Assembly: GCA_964016885.1 (NCBI GenBank)
Contig: OZ024746.1
Coordinates: 36,766,001 to 36,830,000 of the forward strand
Source of the DNA: Eledone cirrhosa
Taxonomy: Eukaryota
DNA length: 64,000 bases
Direction: 5' to 3'
In this document: piece by piece, positions 59,800 through 64,000 of the stretch
How positions within the stretch are numbered: the first letter of the stretch is position 1
Layout of the letters: the number at the start of each line of letters is the position of its first letter
Translations under genes and position numbers: made by a program
Notes under the pieces: model-generated
Databases searched by the model: none
What the model was told of the DNA's origin: nothing
The model's input: only the letters and a program-made list of their open reading frames with translations

Positions 59800-60299
59800 A
59801 CACATACATACGATACGTACATATATCCACATATCAAATATGTTCCTTTCTTCATACACATATCCATAGATATACAAATATATAAATACGTACATACATG
59901 CATATATATATAGACCCTCATACACGCACGTACATTTTAATCTTTAAACCTTTATTCACTCAAAATGGGTAATGTATAGTCCTATGAAGTTGGATATATA
60001 TTATTAATAACAATAAGCAAACTCTCAAAGAACAACGCAAATTATTAAGAGAAAAACCCAAGTGCTATTAATGCTTTTGTTAGGAAGTTTTTATTCTAAT
60101 CCATTATTGTGTATCAAGATGAAAGTTATTACCAGGAAGGTGAGAAACGAAAAGTAAGCAAATTGTATCGTTTCATGTAACTACATTAAACTGTGCATAC
60201 ATACAGACATACATACATACTTACATACACTCATAAATATATACACACATACATATATACATACAAACATACATACTACATACCTACATACGTATATGT

Positions 60300-60620
<321 letters not shown>

Positions 60621-61999
60621 TTTGTGTGTATGTGGTGTTTGCTGTTTTTATATTTCCTCCGTTACGCCTTTCAAAACCTAGCATCATCATTTACTTGATG
60701 CGGTATGTATATCAAAGCGTTCAGTTGTTTCTTTTCTTTAGTGAAAGTTCTCTTTTATATACTGTTCTTTCTTAAAGGATACTGCGATAGGCAACCTTTA
60801 ATTCATTGTCTTTGATATTGCTGAGATTGGACGTTTTATATTTAATCACAATGATAGATAGGAAAAATTCAGCGCAGATAATTTTCAGCCGAGTTTTATG
60901 TCCATCTGTTTCCACGTGGCCTTTGTTCTTTATACAATTGTTATCCGAGCAATCATGCGAAAGACTCCGTGATCATTTACATTGCTAGAAATTACAGCCA
61001 AATATCATCCGAATTGTGTGTCACCAGCATAGAAAACAAGACATTCTTTATGAAGATGAATTTCATCATACATAAGAGATGGTCATGGCTGGAATACCTT
61101 TTTTTATAAGTCTTGTCAACAAATAACAACAATAGTTTGACTATCAGTAATAACATAATTACAAAACGTATGCTGCTGGAAATAAAATAGCCATCAAAGA
61201 GACGTTTTAAAATGTGTAATTGCTCATATGAAGCTATATTAAATTTTACTATATTATTTTATTTAAATGGTTTATGCTGTACTGAACCTCAGTATCAATC
61301 AATGCATGCTGTGATTTCTAGATTCTTTGGGTCCACCTTTCACCAATTCCTAGATGCAAGCGACAGTGAAAGATACAAATTCTGAGAGATAAAGGGAGAA
61401 AGTACCTGAGTGATACTTTATTTATCAACTGATAAAATGAATTGCTAATTTTGCAAGTATGGATTTTTTTTTGATTTTTTTTAATTTAAAAACTCGTTAT
61501 CCAGTAAATTCTCTCTTTCTATATACTGGAGTTGCGTGAATGCTGGTGTAAAATCGAAATATCTCTGATATGATACAAAAGAAAAAAATACGAAACCCGA
61601 ACATTTTGAGGAGACACAGATAAAATGATAAAAATATATTGTAATTTTTGATTTCAGGAAATAATATAAATTTATGGTTTCACAAAAGCAACATCAACTG
61701 CAACGAAAAAAACAATAGCACTCTCATTTATAGTCTGCTCTGCAAACTGAATCATGTAAAACAGAACAATTTTCTTTATATTACTTCAAATGTGAACTAT
61801 TTCCGTATAATAGGATGCATAATTACAAAGCTTTCTCACGAAATATGTGGTATCTCTACTAAATAAATATCTAGGAGACTCACATATATGTAGTTCGCTA
61901 AAAGCTGATGAGATTTTAATATATTTTAAAGAGAACAATATATGGTCACCATGAATAACGTCTAACATAACATTCTATACACTAAAGAAGACATTTATA

Positions 62000-63790
62000 T
62001 GTATCCCATCGGCTTGTTCTTCAGGCACGAGACCAATGCAATCTCCCATGCATCCTTCACCAGAAAAATGTAATAAAGAAATTAAACACGAGACTGATAA
62101 ACAACAACAGCAAAACTAAGCAACTGTAAGACAGTCGCTATAAAGGAGAGGAATGTCCATCTTCAAACTACTTCGGGAACTAGAGGGCTTAGCTACACTC
62201 GGCTCGACATAGGACAAGTGAAGTTCGTTTCGGCATATGTGAACGGGGTCACAATAATGATATAGGATATCAAGTGAAATGAAAGGGGTTGTACCGCTCT
62301 ATAGGAGTGTATGCCCGAGACAGGTGTAAAATTACTACTATTACAAGTCGGTGGACTTGCAGCTGGGCAACTAAAGAGGCAGACAAGGTCATCGGGCTGC
62401 GTTATAGTGTGCTGAAAAGCGTGGTGGTTATGTATTTTGAGGCTACTTTCAGTCCAGATCTAGAAGATGAGGAAATATGGCATAGATGCCACTGACGGTC
62501 CATAAATAACATGGGAGCAACGAATATGTGGGGGGTTTGGCGTGATGTGGCAAACGTGTGTATTGCGTACACTAGTTCTTAAAACATTTGCCTTGCTCTA
62601 GTTTACGCATGTCCAGATTGTAATGTCCCCGCTTCGCCCTCTAATAGAAGAATCACGTTTCAATCATCAATTGTTTCATACTTTAAGAGGAGCCATTTTA
62701 TTCAGTGAATGATGATATCCTGATATGCGCTGTGACTGCGTCATTTGCAAACCTTCGCAGACGGTGTATATCTTTGGTTACCTTTTATCAGAGATTATTT
62801 TCCACATCTCGTCTAATAAATATATCGATTGTGCTGTATCAAACAAAACCTCAGACTGGGCCACTGAAATCTGGAACGGTGCAATTTTCTCATCCCTTCC
62901 TAGCAGTTGAGCAATGTGGTTTTTGAAACTTGAGTTTCCACAGAAGACAAGTTTTTCACAGTAAGATCGATTTTGTGGTACAAAAACATATGCGTCGAGG
63001 AAGTTCATCTATCTGATCTGTGTAATGTAATTTGAATTTTGGAACTATTGATCATTTTCACTAATCTCTAAGACTGCCACTGCTACTGTTAGGGAATGCC
63101 GGCTTGAATCAGGCGTGACCATCCTTTGAAAGGTGCTTGTTTTCGCAGCTCGCCATTTTGAATTACCTGCAGACGTGTATCGAGCGAAAACCGAGAAATG
63201 GCTCCTATACACTAGAACAATGTCAGGTGCTTACAGTCCTGCTCTAATTGGGCAATAATTAATTCTGTAGGAATTTCACTATAGCATTATAATGAGGACT
63301 AGAGTTTAGTAAGAGCGATGATATTTTAGAAAATATTGGCGTCAACATAAACAAACCAGTTTATTCCTGATACATTCACTGTTAGGCTCTATCGAAAATT
63401 TACAGATAAACGTGCCCTATCAGGCTATCTCTAGGAACTGCTTATTTAATACATCTTATACATGCACGGAAATGTTGTAAGATGAGCTAGTCCGATATGC
63501 ATGCTGAGCCATGAAACCGTTCTGTACGCACTCGTCCTGTGTCCGTGTACTATTGCCAAATTCTTGGCTATTGGCTGTTGCGATCGCCGATGTCGGGTAA
63601 AATCAACTATTTTAGACGTCTAAAAAATAAAACGAAGGAACTGGTCTGATGATTTTTTCTAATTTAAATTTGAAACGAAGTTGAGGGTGGAGAAGGAAGT
63701 GCTGCCTTTCAGTACACTATGGAATGATGCGTGAATGTATCGAGGATGTCCGAGTGAATGTTCTCTCTCTGAACATTCACCAGTAATCCA
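62000..63790 (+). mobile_element. Ancient degraded Tx1 ORF2 relic
   Basis: gtttcggcatatg (VSAY), aagtcggtggacttgcagctgggc, gaaaccgttctgtacgcactcgtc..tgtccg and gagggtggagaaggaagtgct match B3 ORF2 in collinear order. Confidence 0.75.
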
Positions 63791-64000
63791 GATAGTACAG
63801 AGAGGAGAAGGGCATCTTCACAGTTTACGTTTTGTTAACAGGATAATTTCTGATCTGTGTGCTTCCTAAATCACTTTTGGCCTGTACACACTCCTGCATA
63901 TTAGGCAAGTTTGTTGGTTGTAAGTTATCAATTGTTATCTGTTATATTTCTTCACGCGTTTCTCGTAATTATTTGCTTCTTTCCACCGTCTTTATATTTT

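Overview
AT-rich, microsatellite-dense eukaryotic DNA made almost entirely of retroelements. The SINE family and repeat landscape suggest an octopus or other cephalopod (inference). No intact host gene is recognisable. The window holds five Tx1/L1-clade LINE copies from three families (A, B, C) plus an older relic; copy B3 has an intact 1139-aa ORF2. It also holds R4/Dong-clade RLE LINEs, tRNA-type SINEs, Penelope-like element (PLE) derivatives carrying hammerhead ribozyme motifs, and a Chapaev3-like transposase relic. Main observations: (1) all three Tx1 families have a GTRAGT-like splice donor overlapping the ORF1 end and an AG acceptor inside the fifth (Arg) codon of ORF2, defining a 51-53 nt phase-2 intron that would fuse ORF1 to ORF2 in frame; (2) a retrozyme-like PLE mini-element with a hammerhead in each terminal repeat; (3) Tx1 insertions in microsatellites ((TTA)n versus (TAGA)n), with a head-to-tail trimer; (4) a probable ~19 kb inversion that split one Tx1 copy; (5) a compact four-way-junction RNA upstream of a Dong ORF. 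All alignments and folds were done by eye.
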